This document shows positions 33,599 through 46,135 of a stretch of DNA of 64,000 nt, in pieces. Numbering within the stretch: position 1 is the first letter of the stretch; each line of letters begins with the position of its first letter. Below the pieces are notes generated by a model. That model searched no databases and had not been told where the DNA came from. It saw nothing but the letters and a program-made list of their open reading frames with translations. Made by a program: the position numbers and the translations under genes. Source of the DNA: Yuukianura sp. NJ FZ-2021 (lineage: Eukaryota); the NCBI GenBank assembly GCA_046563655.1, contig CM102285.1, positions 12,710,001 to 12,774,000 of the forward strand, read 5' to 3'.

Positions 33599-35645
33599 TT
33601 AGAACGTTTCGTAGAGCGGAAGTGTAAGAAACTCTTCAAAGTTATTGTCGACAGCAACTTTGGTAAACTCATGCGCAGCTCTGTCGAAAGGCAGCTTACT
33701 TCCAGTACTTTTAAGTCTAGCGACTTCTTCTTGCACAATTTCCTGCACCATTTGGGCCGTGACCTTCCTTCCGTCCGTCAGCACCCCCAAGGGGGAGTGG
33801 ATCCATTGCCAAAGTTGACTTCGACTGATTTCGGCCGTTGCAGCATCTTCCATCAAGTTGTTAATCGGAACACATCCGGTTCCGTTCAGCCAAGAAGCGA
33901 GATACTGCAAAGCAACTGTACAAAAAAAAATCGCTTGATCAGAACAGGTCAAAAGGTCACAAAAAGTCAAAGATCAATGAGTCCATGGCATTTTAGCTTA
34001 CTTGAAACGTTAGTTCGGAGTCCATTTTCAGTGATCTTCGGTGGTGTTGGTTGGAAGTTTAGCAAGTTCTGCGCTGTGACCTCAAGGTCATCCAGTTGTT
34101 TTGAAATTTGATTCGGATTCTGTTTCAAAACCGCTTCAAATTCTTGTTTTGCCAAATCGACCAATCCGGGATGAGCAACCCAGCCGCCATCGAATCTATT
34201 TTGCAACAAAATCCATACATTTTTAAATTCAAAGTTCAGTTACCCGTCGTCCACAGAACGGTTTTACATAAGTTAACGTTATGTTTTTTTCGTTAGGTTA
34301 GGCAAATTGTAACAAACTACTTAAAATCAGCCACTAAAGTAATTGATTTTGTCAATTACCCATCACGAACATCTCTCCGCTTGTCCTCCCGGACACCTTC
34401 TAGTGCCTTCTCATTTGCAGCAGGGTCATCTTTGATTGGAATCAGCGCACTCATGCCACCAATCGCTGGAGCGTTTCTTTTATGACAAGTTTTGACCAAA
34501 AGTAAAGCATAGGCACGCATGAAAGGACTGTTCATGGTAATCGTATGTCTGTCTGGAAAACAAAGATCTTTTTGATTCCGAAATTTCTTGATACAACTGA
34601 AGATGTAGTCCCATCTTCCAGCGTTGAGTCCAGCCGAATGCTCTTTCAATTCATACAAAATTTCATCCATTTCAAAAGCTGCTGTGATAGTTTCAATCAG
34701 AACTGTGGCTTTGATTGATCCATGTGGAACTCCGAGTTCTTTTTGGGAGAAAGTAAAAACTTGATTCCAAAGACGAGCTTCAAGATGATTTTCCAATTTG
34801 GGCAAGTAAAAGTACGGACCAAGCCCAACTTCCAGAAGTTTTTGAGCGTTGTGGTAAAAGTAGACTCCAAAATCAAACAGACTTCCAGACAATCGTTGTC
34901 CATCGATCGTAAGATGCTTTTCATCAAGATGCCAACCGCGTGGACGGACAAGGAGAGTGGCTACGGTTGGATTGAGTTTGTATTCTTTCGGACCAATTTT
35001 GAAATCAATTTGACGACGAATTGCATCAATCAGATTCAACTGTCCAGCAACTTGATTTCCCCATGTGGGAGCCGTGGAGTCTTCAAAATCGGCCATGTAG
35101 CAATTGGATCCTAAATTTTCAAAAAATATTTCAAATTTTCAAATCTTAATTTGAAGTTTGATGAGATTTTCCAAACCTGAGTTGAGCGCATTGATAACCA
35201 TTTTTCGATCAACTGGTCCAGTGATTTCAACCAATCGGCAGTGCAAAGGCGTTGGAAGCTCTGAAATTTTCCAGTCTCCATTTCGAATGTGAGCTGTTTC
35301 TGGCAAAAACCCGGGTTTTAGTCCACGGTCGAAATCGGCTTGTCGTTGAATCCGTGTCGACAGAAGGTGCTTTCTCTCCGGTTCGAAATTTTGATGCAAC
35401 TTTTTGAGAAATTCCAAACATCCTACTGTGAGTACTTCTTTTTGAATTCGATCATCAACTGGAATGGAGCTGGAAATGGATACACCTTGAGGCCAAGCGG
35501 TACTAGCGTACGAAGCCATCGCAATTCTCCAAATATTTTGAACTGAAAATCCGTCTGGGGCTTTCAAGGTTCCAAAATTGATTCTGTTTATGCTTGCGGT
35601 TTTGACGTGTCCAGAGTATTTGGCAAGTAGGCCACTACTCAACAT
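33599..35645 (-). CDS. aceB: Malate synthase A, bacterial type, 4 coding exons
   Basis: [81 protein letters not shown]; introns 35111-35176, 34196-34359 and 33916-34001 keep the frame. Confidence 0.96.
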
Positions 35646-36660
35646 TCTAAAACAACAAAAAATTAGATCAAAATTTTAAACATAAAACATTTAACATAAT
35701 TTTGAGTAGACACAATTTGTAGTGGAAGAACGGCCAGTGGAGGAACAACTAATAATTTGACAAATGTTTTTCGGTATTCTATGTTGAAAATAATTGCAAA
35801 TGGCGTTCTACTTCTTACCATGTTTGTCAAATTTTTACAAAATTCAGTAAAATATCAAAACAACTGACTAAAATGTGCCACTGATCACTTGATTTTATAA
35901 CTTTTTCAAAAGTGACTCAAGACAACGTGATCTGTCTTAATCTTGGAAAAATTCTCTTAGAAGTAGAACTCCAATAAGTCTGAATGTCAGTTTTTGCATA
36001 ATGAAAAAAAAACACACTTGGATACTGAAATTGCCTTCGGCATTTCACTAAAAGATGCGTTAACTCTGATACAAAGATTTTATCCAACCAGACGCTACGC
36101 AACCAGATTATCCACATGGCTTGTAGTACTCAAGGTCAGAGTTCAAAAACAATTACTTATGCTGAATTCGAAAAAAAAACTTCATATTTTGAAATACAAA
36201 AGGTCGAAGCGACTAAAAATGCAAAAATCAGCTCACGATTTTAATTGAATGCTTGTCGAAAATTGGAAGTGCGAAACATTTGAAAATTTGCAAGGCTTAC
36301 CTTGATGATGCGATGGTCGCCTGTTGTCGCCAACGTTTTTTCCAAAAACTATTGTATTTTGAAAACTGAAGATTTTATAACTATGTTTTGTGTTTAATGC
36401 TCTCGAAACTTTGTATCTTGCTGGGAGTGACACTGTTTCTGAATTTCGTTTGACTAAAAAGCTAAAAGTCTTGTTTTGTGTACCTTGTTTTCCTAGACAC
36501 GGGAAAATTTCATTTGGAAAATTTCTTGACAAAGCTTTTGAAAATATGAAAATATTTTGTTTGGTCCAAATTGTTTTTGAGTGTAAAGGTAATCTGTGTT
36601 TGCCTGAAGGCCAACCTTCCCAACTGACCTTTGGAAGATCTCGGTAAGTATTTTTCCTCA

Positions 36661-38715
36661 AGTTCAAAGTCCAAAGTGTCTCGTCTTGTGACTTTCCTTT
36701 TGACAAGTAACTGTTTGTGGTGGGTACGCTTACGGTAAACTAATATTCAGATATTTCTGGATCTGCTTACTACGCTCCCTCACAAATCGTAATTCATTAA
36801 TACCTTCGTCACGGGAACCTCATGACCACTGGACTATCGTCATCAAGTGACCTTTACACTGTCCAGTCCAAATGTTGTTCTTTGCATAACTGGAATTTGC
36901 ACAACTTCGTAATTTGAACAGGAGTCGCCCGACATCTCATCATTGCGCGTCTCTTCCACTAAACTTAGGCTTATGATTACATTTTTTACTATCTTTGTTG
37001 ATATTTTTGTAAATCCAATGTGCAAAGTACAAACTCTGGACGCAACGTGCTTACGTCAACAGCCTGGAACTGGACTTTGGCCACCCATTTTTTATGAAAT
37101 CTCAATTCAAATTGTCGCAAAATTTACAAAAACTTGTTTTTGTTTTGACTTCAAAACTGTTTTTATTTTTAAAATTATGACGAAAGCATACAATTCCCAA
37201 TAGTTTCTTCAAACCTTTTGTTTTTTTTAACTTCATGCTTTTTCAACTTTTAAAACAAAAATGTAAACAAAAGATTTGGAAATAGTCGCAGATTTCATAA
37301 TTCGCGTCGCAATTTACAGTTTTTAAAAAATACTCAGAATTCAGTTTTTAATTTCGAAAAATTGACTTGTTGAAATTTTTACTTGTAGGCTGATTTGTCG
37401 GTGTTTTAGATTGTGAACAATAGTTGAAGCTTAAGAGCCTAAAACAAGGTTAATGTTTGAAACGTGAGGTCAAAAATGCATTGTATTATTTTTAGTAGCT
37501 TTAAAATCAATCGCCGCTTTCACGATAACTGGTAAAAACTGGTTCTAACAATCATTGTCATTTCATTTTAGAATCGTCTGGAATTTTAAATACCTTTTTG
37601 CTATCATCAACATGTCTTAAAATTTCTAAAATTTCGTCATTTTCAATTCAGAACCAGTTCCGTTTGGGTTTTTTTAAAAGATAGTCTTGCCTTTTTGGAC
37701 TTTGGACCAATTTTGAAATTAGATTTCGACTTTGTCTAAGTCCGTTTCATAGATTTTAGTAATTACATCACGCAAAAAGTGACGCGCGAGAAGGCGTAGT
37801 TTTTGGAAAAATTTTAACAAATCCTGGCCAAGCTTTCACTGACGTTGGAGTCACACGCCTCAAAAATTTCCCAATAGCAGTTGGACTTGTGACTTTTCAA
37901 ATCAAAAGCAACGAAGACCCCTCTGAACTTTTTGGATCCTGTTTTAAAAGTTCCCTCGATCGAGTGACCTCGAGAAAATTCTACCCAGGAGTAATTTTGA
38001 CCCCTGCTGGTTAAAAGGACCAGCTCAAACTCAAACAGCATCAAACCACTTGTGGATTCTGAACTGTCAAGAGTTAACACTCAAACGCCCCAAGCGTTTT
38101 CTCCTCCTCCATTGTTTTGGTTTACAACCCAAACGAAAAAGAGACTATCACTTCACAACTTCCTCACTTCTATTCAACATCAACTGCTCCAGCTTTTACA
38201 ACCTTCACTTCAAAAAGGCTACACAACTTTGTCCATTTTTGAACGCAGCTTTTTAGCTCACAAAAACTCAAAATTTTGAAAAAATCAACATGATCAACAC
38301 AATTAAACTTCAAAGTTCTGGAGGACTGCAGATCCTGAAACGCTGCTTCAACTCCAGATCACAACAACGTATTGCTCAAATTGAAACCGTAAGTTTTTCA
38401 AAATTTCAAAAATTATAACAAATTTTTCAAAAAAAAAGTAGAATTTTGAAATTCTAAATAAGTTATATATGCCAAGAAAAGAAGATCTCCCAAAACTGCG
38501 GAGAAATTTTCTTTACATGGTTAATTTTCTTCTTTTTTTCAACTGGCGTGTAACTTCATACAAATTTTTATTTCCAAAAATCTTACAACTTAATAAATTA
38601 TTATAAACAGAAATTATTATAATATAATAGTACATTAGTTATAGTATTTTGGAGTGGTAGGCATCCAGGTCAAAGTTCAAAAGATGCGGAAGTGTGCTGC
38701 TCTTTGTACTTTGGA
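36661..38715. promoter_or_regulatory. Cluster of HNF4-type DR1 motifs in the aceB/aceA divergent region and aceA intron 1
   Basis: AGTTCAAAGTCCA 36661-36673 (+), TGGCCAAAGTCCA 37071-37083 (-), GGTCCAAAGTCCA 37696-37708 (-), AGGTCAAAGTTCA 38667-38679 (+), plus CAAAGTACA variants near 37023 and 38705. Confidence 0.5.
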
Positions 38716-40369
38716 TGTATAAAATCAGCGTTAACGAGCCTCGTGACATCGAACAAGGCTTATCTCCGTCTGTGTCCAGATTTCAAACTGGAAATTTCTG
38801 GACATTGGACAGGATGCTCTAGAATTACAAGCCATAACCAGTTTCGCTCTAGTTAGATCTAGGAAAAGTACTAAGAATATGACACACATCGCTGATTGGA
38901 TTGAATGGATGTTATTTTTAGGACTGGAAAGAAAATCAGCGATGGGCTGGAATCGAACGGCGTTACACCGCCGAAGACGTTGAGAGACTCAAGGGCTCCC
39001 TGGACATCGAATACACCTTGGCCAAGAAGGGCTCCGAAAAGTTTTGGCGCATGTTGCATGAGCTTCCTTATGTCAAGTCCCTGGGGGCCCTTACTGGAAA
39101 CCAGGCTGTCCAGCAGGTCAAGGCTGGTCTCAAGGCCATCTATGTCTCGGGGTGGCAAGTTGCTGCTGATGCCAACATGGCTGGAACGATGTACCCTGAC
39201 CAGTCACTCTACCCGGTCAACTCTGTTCCGAAAGTGGTCAAGTCTATCAACAACGCACTGGCCAGAGCTGACCAAATTCATTACGAAGAAGGTATTTGCA
39301 GTTGATCTCTCAAAAAAAGTGATCTAAAATTTTGAAAACTTAGAAAACCCCAAGTTTCATTTCTGTTTTCTGATTGGTCAGGAGACAACTGTGTCGAAGA
39401 TTGGTTTGCTCCGTTGATCGCTGATGCTGAAGCTGGTTTTGGTGGAGTGCTGAATGCTTTTGAGCTGGTCAAGGCCATGATTGAGGCTGGAGCTGCCGGA
39501 ATTCACTTTGAAGATCAGTTGGCTTCTGCTAAGAAATGTGGTCACATGGGCGGTAAAGTATTGGTTCCAACAAGAGAAGCCATTGACAAGCTCGTGTCAG
39601 CTCGACTTGCAGCGGATGTCATGGGAGTGCCAACGGTCCTTATTGCTCGAACAGACGCTGAAGCTGCAGCGATGGTCACGAGCAATGTGGATCCAAATGA
39701 TCGTCAATTCTGCACTGGAGAAACTACGCCTGAAGGATTCTTCCGAACTCGTCCTGGAATCGATCAAGCTATCTCCAGAGCCCTAAGCTACGCTCCATAC
39801 GCTGATTTACTTTGGTAAGAACAAACCTAAGCCGAAATTTAAAAAAAAATCAGAAATTCAAAAATCCAAAACTTTCATCATTTTCATTTTCCAGGTGCGA
39901 AACAGCCACACCCAACTTGGCCTATGCCAAAGCCTTTGCAAATGCAATTCATACTGACTTTCCCGGAAAAATGCTTGCTTACAACTGCTCACCGAGCTTC
40001 AACTGGAGAAAACACTTAAACGACAAGGAAATCCGGACATTCCAGGAGCAAATTGGAGCCATGGGATACAAATTCCAGTTCATCACACTCGCAGGGTTCC
40101 ATGCCCTTAACTACTCCATGTTTGAATTGGCCCTAAACTATGCCAGCAGAGGCATGGCTTCATATGTTGACCTCCAGGAAAAAGAATTTGCAGCAGCCAA
40201 CTACGGATTTACGGCAGTCAAGCATCAACGTGAAGTTGGAACTGGGTACTTTGATTCTGTAGTGAATACAATTCAACAAGGACAGTCCAGCACAACGGCC
40301 CTTAAGGGCTCCACGGAAGAAGCACAATTTGAACATGAAGGGCTTAAACAAAAAGCAGCGGCTCACTAA
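38290..40369 (+). CDS. aceA: Isocitrate lyase, short bacterial type, 4 coding exons
   Basis: [41 protein letters not shown], active site [41 protein letters not shown]; introns 38389-38921, 39292-39381, 39815-39894. Confidence 0.97.
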
Positions 40370-41051
40370 ACCACGGAATTATCGGGGAGAAAACGGAACA
40401 CTAAAAACCAAAATATACCGGATAAAGTTGTAAAGTACTTAACATAATCAATATTATTTTTAACTTAAGAATTACTTTTAGTTTTTTATACTCAATCGAT
40501 GTAAAGATAAAGTAATTGTAAACTTCGATTTTAAATTTCTTTAAGTACTCTTTCTTGTAAAATCATGTTTAAAATTTTAAAGTCTTTTAAACAAATTCAG
40601 CAAGAAACTTTCAGCAGATTCTCACAATTTGCTTAATTAGACTAAGACTAATGATGAACTTAAGTTAAGATATTAAGAAGTATGTTAATATAACTAATGT
40701 GTTAACAATTAAGTTAATATAACGAATATGTTAAGAATTAAAGTTAAGATACTTAATTTTACAATAAAGTTAATTGACCAAGATTCTGATTTTTTTTTCG
40801 CAAAAATTTGTGTCGTTGAAATTTTAGAGTAGAAAAGCTTCGTCATTTCCGCTGTTTTGAGCTCAATTGGACAAATGAAAAGCTCAAAGGAAAATTTTCG
40901 GAAATTTTGAAAATCGTGACGTAATAATAATGAGTTTACGAAATTAATTGGGACAAGGTCAAACACCTTTTTAATACTGTTTCCATTGCATTGCTGGAAA
41001 CTTTAAGCTTCGAAATTATCGGTTTTGTCAGAAGCAAAACGCGAAAGCAAC

Positions 41052-41817
41052 ATGTCGCAAAATTTTGGAAAATTCGGCATTTTCGGACTTTTGATATTTT
41101 TGAACATTTCTCCAGGAGTTGAGGTCACGTTGATCACAGGTATTCAAAATTTTGATATTCACACCAAAAATTTATGGTTAATTTTGATTTTGAAATTTAG
41201 TGGTTGCATCCACATGCGTCCAAGGAGCAACTTGGGTTCCGGCGGCGCTCGTAGCGCTGCAGAACAAGTGCTACAAATGTCTCTGCTTCGCTAACAACAT
41301 TTCAGTCTGTACTATCCAATTTCTAGGAAACCTCTGCGCCACTGTAAACCAAGTTGTAACTGACGTACCAACTACGGCACGACCTGCAGGTACGACCGTG
41401 GTTACACGAATTCCAATTCCAGTCTCAACAATAATTAATCTACCCACTGCTGTAACTAATCCTCCTACTGCTGTAACTATTCCACCCACTGCTGTAACTA
41501 ATCCTCCTACTGCTGTAACTATTCCACCCACTGCTGTAACTATTCCACCCACTGCTGTAACTAACCCGCCTACTGTTCTAACTAATCCGCCTACTGTTGC
41601 TCCACCAGTTACGATTCCAATTGGCATTGTGACGCCGATTCCAATTCCAGCCACGTTCATTCCTGGAGTTCCTACTGCAGTTACAGCCGTCCCAGGACCA
41701 ACAACTGCTGCACCAGCGACATTGTCGACTGCTCGAACTGTTACCCCACCACCACCCATCACTCCTGTGCCTATTGGTGGAGCCACCATTGTAACACCGA
41801 TACCTATTGGACGCTAA
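41052..41817 (+). CDS. Secreted protein with a small 6-Cys domain and a Pro/Thr mucin-like tail
   Basis: Signal-like exon 41052-41139, intron 41140-41200, then C-x17-CYKCLC-x7-CT-x7-C followed by P/T/V-rich repeats. Confidence 0.75.
41443..41598 (+). repeat. Coding 21-bp minisatellite (PTAVT[N/I]P), about 7 units
   Basis: CCCACTGCTGTAACTAATCCT / CCTACTGCTGTAACTATTCCA units. Confidence 0.9.
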
Positions 41818-42484
41818 ATTTGATTTTAGAGGCTTAAAAGTAAAGTTAATTGTTGCTAATTTAACTATTTAAGCGTAACTATTAATAAAACAAGTTCTGA
41901 GAATTCAGTTTCACACTTTGAAAAGAATTGTCATTTGGATTTTGCTTGTGAGAGTGATATTAAAGTTTTACCGTGGTCGAGTACTTAAAAAGTCTGATGT
42001 TTTTGTCACTAATTTTGGGAGTAATGCTAATTACTTTAAGAAGAGTTGCAATTAGTACTGGTGGGGAAAGCGTCAGGATATCCCTAGTGAGTGAAGTTGG
42101 TGAAACAATTGAAATTTTAGGATCCCAATGCAAAGGTGGCATGTACTTCCAGGAATCGGTTCTGGTTCACTGTGTTTGCGTCACAGGAATGTAAGTTTAC
42201 GTGGCATGTCAAGGCTGAGGTCAATTTTAATCACAGTTTGCAAGCAATTGGTTTCTTTAGATGGGCGATTTACAAATCCTGGTGCTCCGAACCTCTGCTT
42301 GTGATTGGTGGAATCGATCATTGCTTCCAGTTGGTGCAAAATGTCAGAGAAGCTAAATAACGTTGACCAATTCAGTCATAACTACAATTTCAAATTTTTG
42401 TTGACTTTCACCTTGGTCACTTAGGTCAGTCTGGTGACACTTTTGTCTTCACCAGTTTCAGCCAGGGATCCATTTCTGACCAGA

Positions 42485-44369
42485 ATGAGTTCCAAAATGG
42501 AAGTATTGAAGGACGTAGCAGTTGAAACTGACAGCAAAGTTTACTGGAATCCAAAACGTTCTGGTTTCCTTACATTTGGAGGTCATGACCTTAAAATTTT
42601 TCAAATCTAGCTCAAATTATGACTTCGGTTTTGAGTGACTTTGTAGAAACGAGTTGGGAATTTTTTGGAGCTGGAGGTCAAAGTCGCTGTCTTCTGGCAA
42701 ATTCAAACATGACCTCCTCATACTGCCATTTTTCAAATATTGGGCCAGACAAAATTGTACATATCAGACAAAGCTGTGATCCCAAGGTCAATGTCACCAT
42801 TCTACCAGACACTTGCTTTCCATTCATAACAGTCCAACACCCGAATACCGAAACAGGTAACGTTTCCGACTTCCGTATCCAAAATTTCAGAATTTTAAAA
42901 TTGAAAATTTCAAGATTTAAAAAATTTTTGGGACTCATAGAAATGAGAAACGTATGCCACGGGAGGGAAAACGAGGCGAACATATCTGTACGTGCGATTG
43001 GTTTAAGAAAACGCGGAGTCCTTGCGGAAATGTCAGAGAATGACCTTGACCTTGACGACATTGCGCCACCGCTAGCAAAAAGTAACACGTTTATACTAAA
43101 CCAACTCAGCCAGCACATTGAAAACGAAATACAGGAGTTGATTGACGGTAAAGAAGTGGAATTGAAGACAACTCAAATTCAAAAATGGCCGATTCTAAAA
43201 ATTTTAGAGATGAGCCTGGATATTTTGAAGGTTCCTTACAATCAAATCAAACTGATCTGTCTCATTCAATTTTTTAAACATTAAAAACTTTTTCGGAACT
43301 TTTCAGCGTACATGCACCGTAGTTTTGCCGAAGGTCTTTGACCTTATACTCTTGACCTTCGTTGACATTCAGGTCAACTCTATTCATATAAAGGAGCCAC
43401 CAGTTGATCCCGCTGCTTCTTCTAGAATTGAGAAAGCACTTACTACGTGTTTCAGTAGTGCAATAAGTCACAACTTTGTTCCAGATTTGGAATCTCTTGT
43501 GCCAAATAAAACTTTGAAAGATTATGAAGAAGATTGCACTCAGGTAGGTTTCAGGTTTAGTTGTTTGCAGTATTTTTTTCTATGTGTTGTTATTTGAATT
43601 TTGTAAAAAATATTAATTTTGGAGGAGATTGTGAACCTTTAAATTTTGAATTTTTTGAATTTTAGAAAAACATTGTTTCGGACATCATTGAAAAATATGG
43701 AGAACGATTTCAAGTATCTCTGCCCATAGGCCATAGAGGAGCAGGATTTGAACCCATCGTAGAAACTGTTTGGAAAGTTCTTGTCAATGCGCATTCGTAC
43801 TGCTACAAATTTTTTTCAGATTACTACAATGATCATCACACTTACGTCGTTGACCTCTTGCCGTTCTTTTCAAATGAAATTCAAGAAATATGGTAAAATG
43901 TCGCTGTAAATTTCTACATTTGCGCAGAAACGTTAAAACCGTGAACTAAACTGTGATTTTTATACGCAGGATGCCGCCATCCTATGACGGAGACTACATT
44001 GAACCACAACTGGGTCAATACCTCTATGGAGGATTGCTAGGTGACCACCGAGAGTTGTTAAGGAAAGTGGATTTGTGTGTAGCCGCAAGTAGGATCGGGT
44101 CACCTTACGCGTGGTACATGAACAGACCGCCGAGAGACCGCTCAGATCGCAGGTAAAGCTCTTTCAGCGAATTTTATTGAAATACGAAGTTTCGAAATTT
44201 GAATAAATTATGGAATTTGATTATTATTGATTTGATTTTTGTATTTTTAAACTTAAGGGAATGGAGAAAGCGAAGTCCTGATGCCGAACGAACATTTCTA
44301 TCCAACCGCCAATGCATTCAATCCACAACAGATTTTCAAAATGTGTTCCATTTTCCAAAGTGTGGGTAA
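42485..44369 (+). CDS. Uncharacterised multi-exon protein
   Basis: Open exon blocks with GT-AG boundaries (MSSKMEVLKDVAVETDSKVYWNPKR..., 43325-43543, 43666-43892, 43970-44152, last exon 44258-44369); no family recognised. Confidence 0.55.
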
Positions 44370-44725
44370 TTAATAGGAATTAAACAATGAAAAGTTCACA
44401 GAAGATTTGTCTTTGCACGACTTTTTAAACTAAAAGTTTGTATTAAATTGATTAATTAATTTTTGGTAAAATTGAAAACGGCGACGACGAATGAACTTTA
44501 GTAACGCTATTTTTCATTGGCATAAGAAAAAAAAACTTTTCTTAGAATTTGGGGCATCATGAGACACACCGCGAACTTTAAATTTTGACATTTAAAAAAC
44601 CGACACCCCTCTCCTGTCCCCACCCCAAAATTCCTCAGCTGTGAGAACCATATGTTTTGATTGTGTGGATTTTAAGTTAACTTTTTTACAGTTTAATTGT
44701 TGATTACCGGAGCAATTAGTTAATC

Positions 44726-46135
44726 ATGAAGACTGTGCAAGAATTGGAGCAGCGTGTTCGAGAGCTGGAGTCAGAGTTATTAAGTTTGAAGGGCGGAGTA
44801 GCACGGGAACGTATAGGTCAAATGTCATCGGAAGTCGTAGACTCCAATCCGTACAGGTAAATTGTGGCGTAAATTAAATGATTTGGTTCGTTGCGATCCT
44901 CAGGGGATGGATGAATGTGATTGAAAAATGATTTAATTTGTAAATTACAGTCGATTGATGGCGCTGAAACGAATGGGAATAGTTAACAATTACGAGGACA
45001 TTCGGAAATACACGGTAGCAATCGTCGGAGTCGGTGGTGTAGGATCTGTCACTGCGGAAATGCTAACGCGCTGTGGCATTGGAAAGGTATATTAAGAAAA
45101 CATTAATATGTTCCAGACGTAATGGCAGTTTATTTAATCGTCTGTTTTATTTTCAGCTGATTCTGTTCGACTACGATAAAGTGGAGCTGGCCAACATGAA
45201 TCGTCTGTTTTTCCAACCTCATCAAGCAGGGATGTCCAAAGTTGAAGCAGCAGCAGCAACCTTAGCTTTTATCAATCCAGATGTGACGTTCGAGACGCAC
45301 AACTACAACATCACAACGGTCGACAATTACGACAACTTTGTGAATCGACTTGAACATGGTTCGCTGACGGGATCTCGAGTGGATCTTGTTTTGTCATGCG
45401 TGGACAATTTTGAAGCAAGAATGACAATCAACACAGCATGTAACGACTTGGGCCAAATCTGGTTCGAAAGCGGTGTCTCTGAAAACGCAGTTTCCGGGCA
45501 TATTCAATTTATCAAACCCGGTGAAACAGCTTGTTTCGCCTGTGCTCCACCGCTTGTCGTAGCTACAAACATTGATGAAAAAACGTTGAAGAAAGAAGGC
45601 GTATGTGCAGCAAGTCTTCCTACTACAATGGGAATTGTTGCTGGCTTTCTTGTCCAGAATTGTCTCAAGTAAGTTATTCAAATTCAACCATCATCTTCAA
45701 TTTTCATTTCATTCGAATTTTCTATTTAGATTTTTACTTGGATTTGGAACAACAACGCATTACTTGGGATACAATGCTCTGGAAGACTATTTTCCAACAA
45801 TGAGCCTAAAACCCAATTCAAGTTGTGACGATCATCGTTGTATCAAGAAGCAAAAGGAACATCAGGAGTATTTAATTGCAAATCCTATTCAGGAAGAGAC
45901 AAAGAAGGAAGTTCCCGTTATAGATCCAACTAACGAATGGGGAATTGAAATTTTGGATGAAACTGATCCTGCACTGCTCACTCAAGACGATCAGGATCTG
46001 ACTTTATCCAAAGGAATTAAGCTAGCTTATACCATTCCCGACAAAGCATTGAATCTAAAAGAAGACGACAGCCAAGTTGAAGTCGATGATTCCGTATCTT
46101 TAGATGACTTGATGGGCCAAATGAAAAACCTCTGA
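44726..46135 (+). CDS. UBA5: UFM1-activating enzyme UBA5
   Basis: [88 protein letters not shown]. Confidence 0.97.

Noticed and set aside
31741..35645. GCSH as a third member of a glyoxylate/glycine cluster
   Set aside because: It is an ordinary animal GCSH, convergent with MS and sharing a spacer with AAMP; adjacency alone is not evidence
35917..38279. Short ORFs in the aceB-aceA spacer as a regulator (IclR/AceK remnant)
   Set aside because: No HTH or kinase motifs; the composition fits non-coding promoter/UTR DNA
33599..40369. Bacterial contamination or endosymbiont contig explaining aceA/aceB
   Set aside because: Both genes are split by host-style AT-rich GT-AG introns and are contiguous with intron-rich animal genes
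41271..41789. Antisense Gly/Val-rich ORF, or a CRISPR-like array
   Set aside because: It is the mirror of the Pro/Thr codons; the repeats are contiguous 21-mers with no spacers
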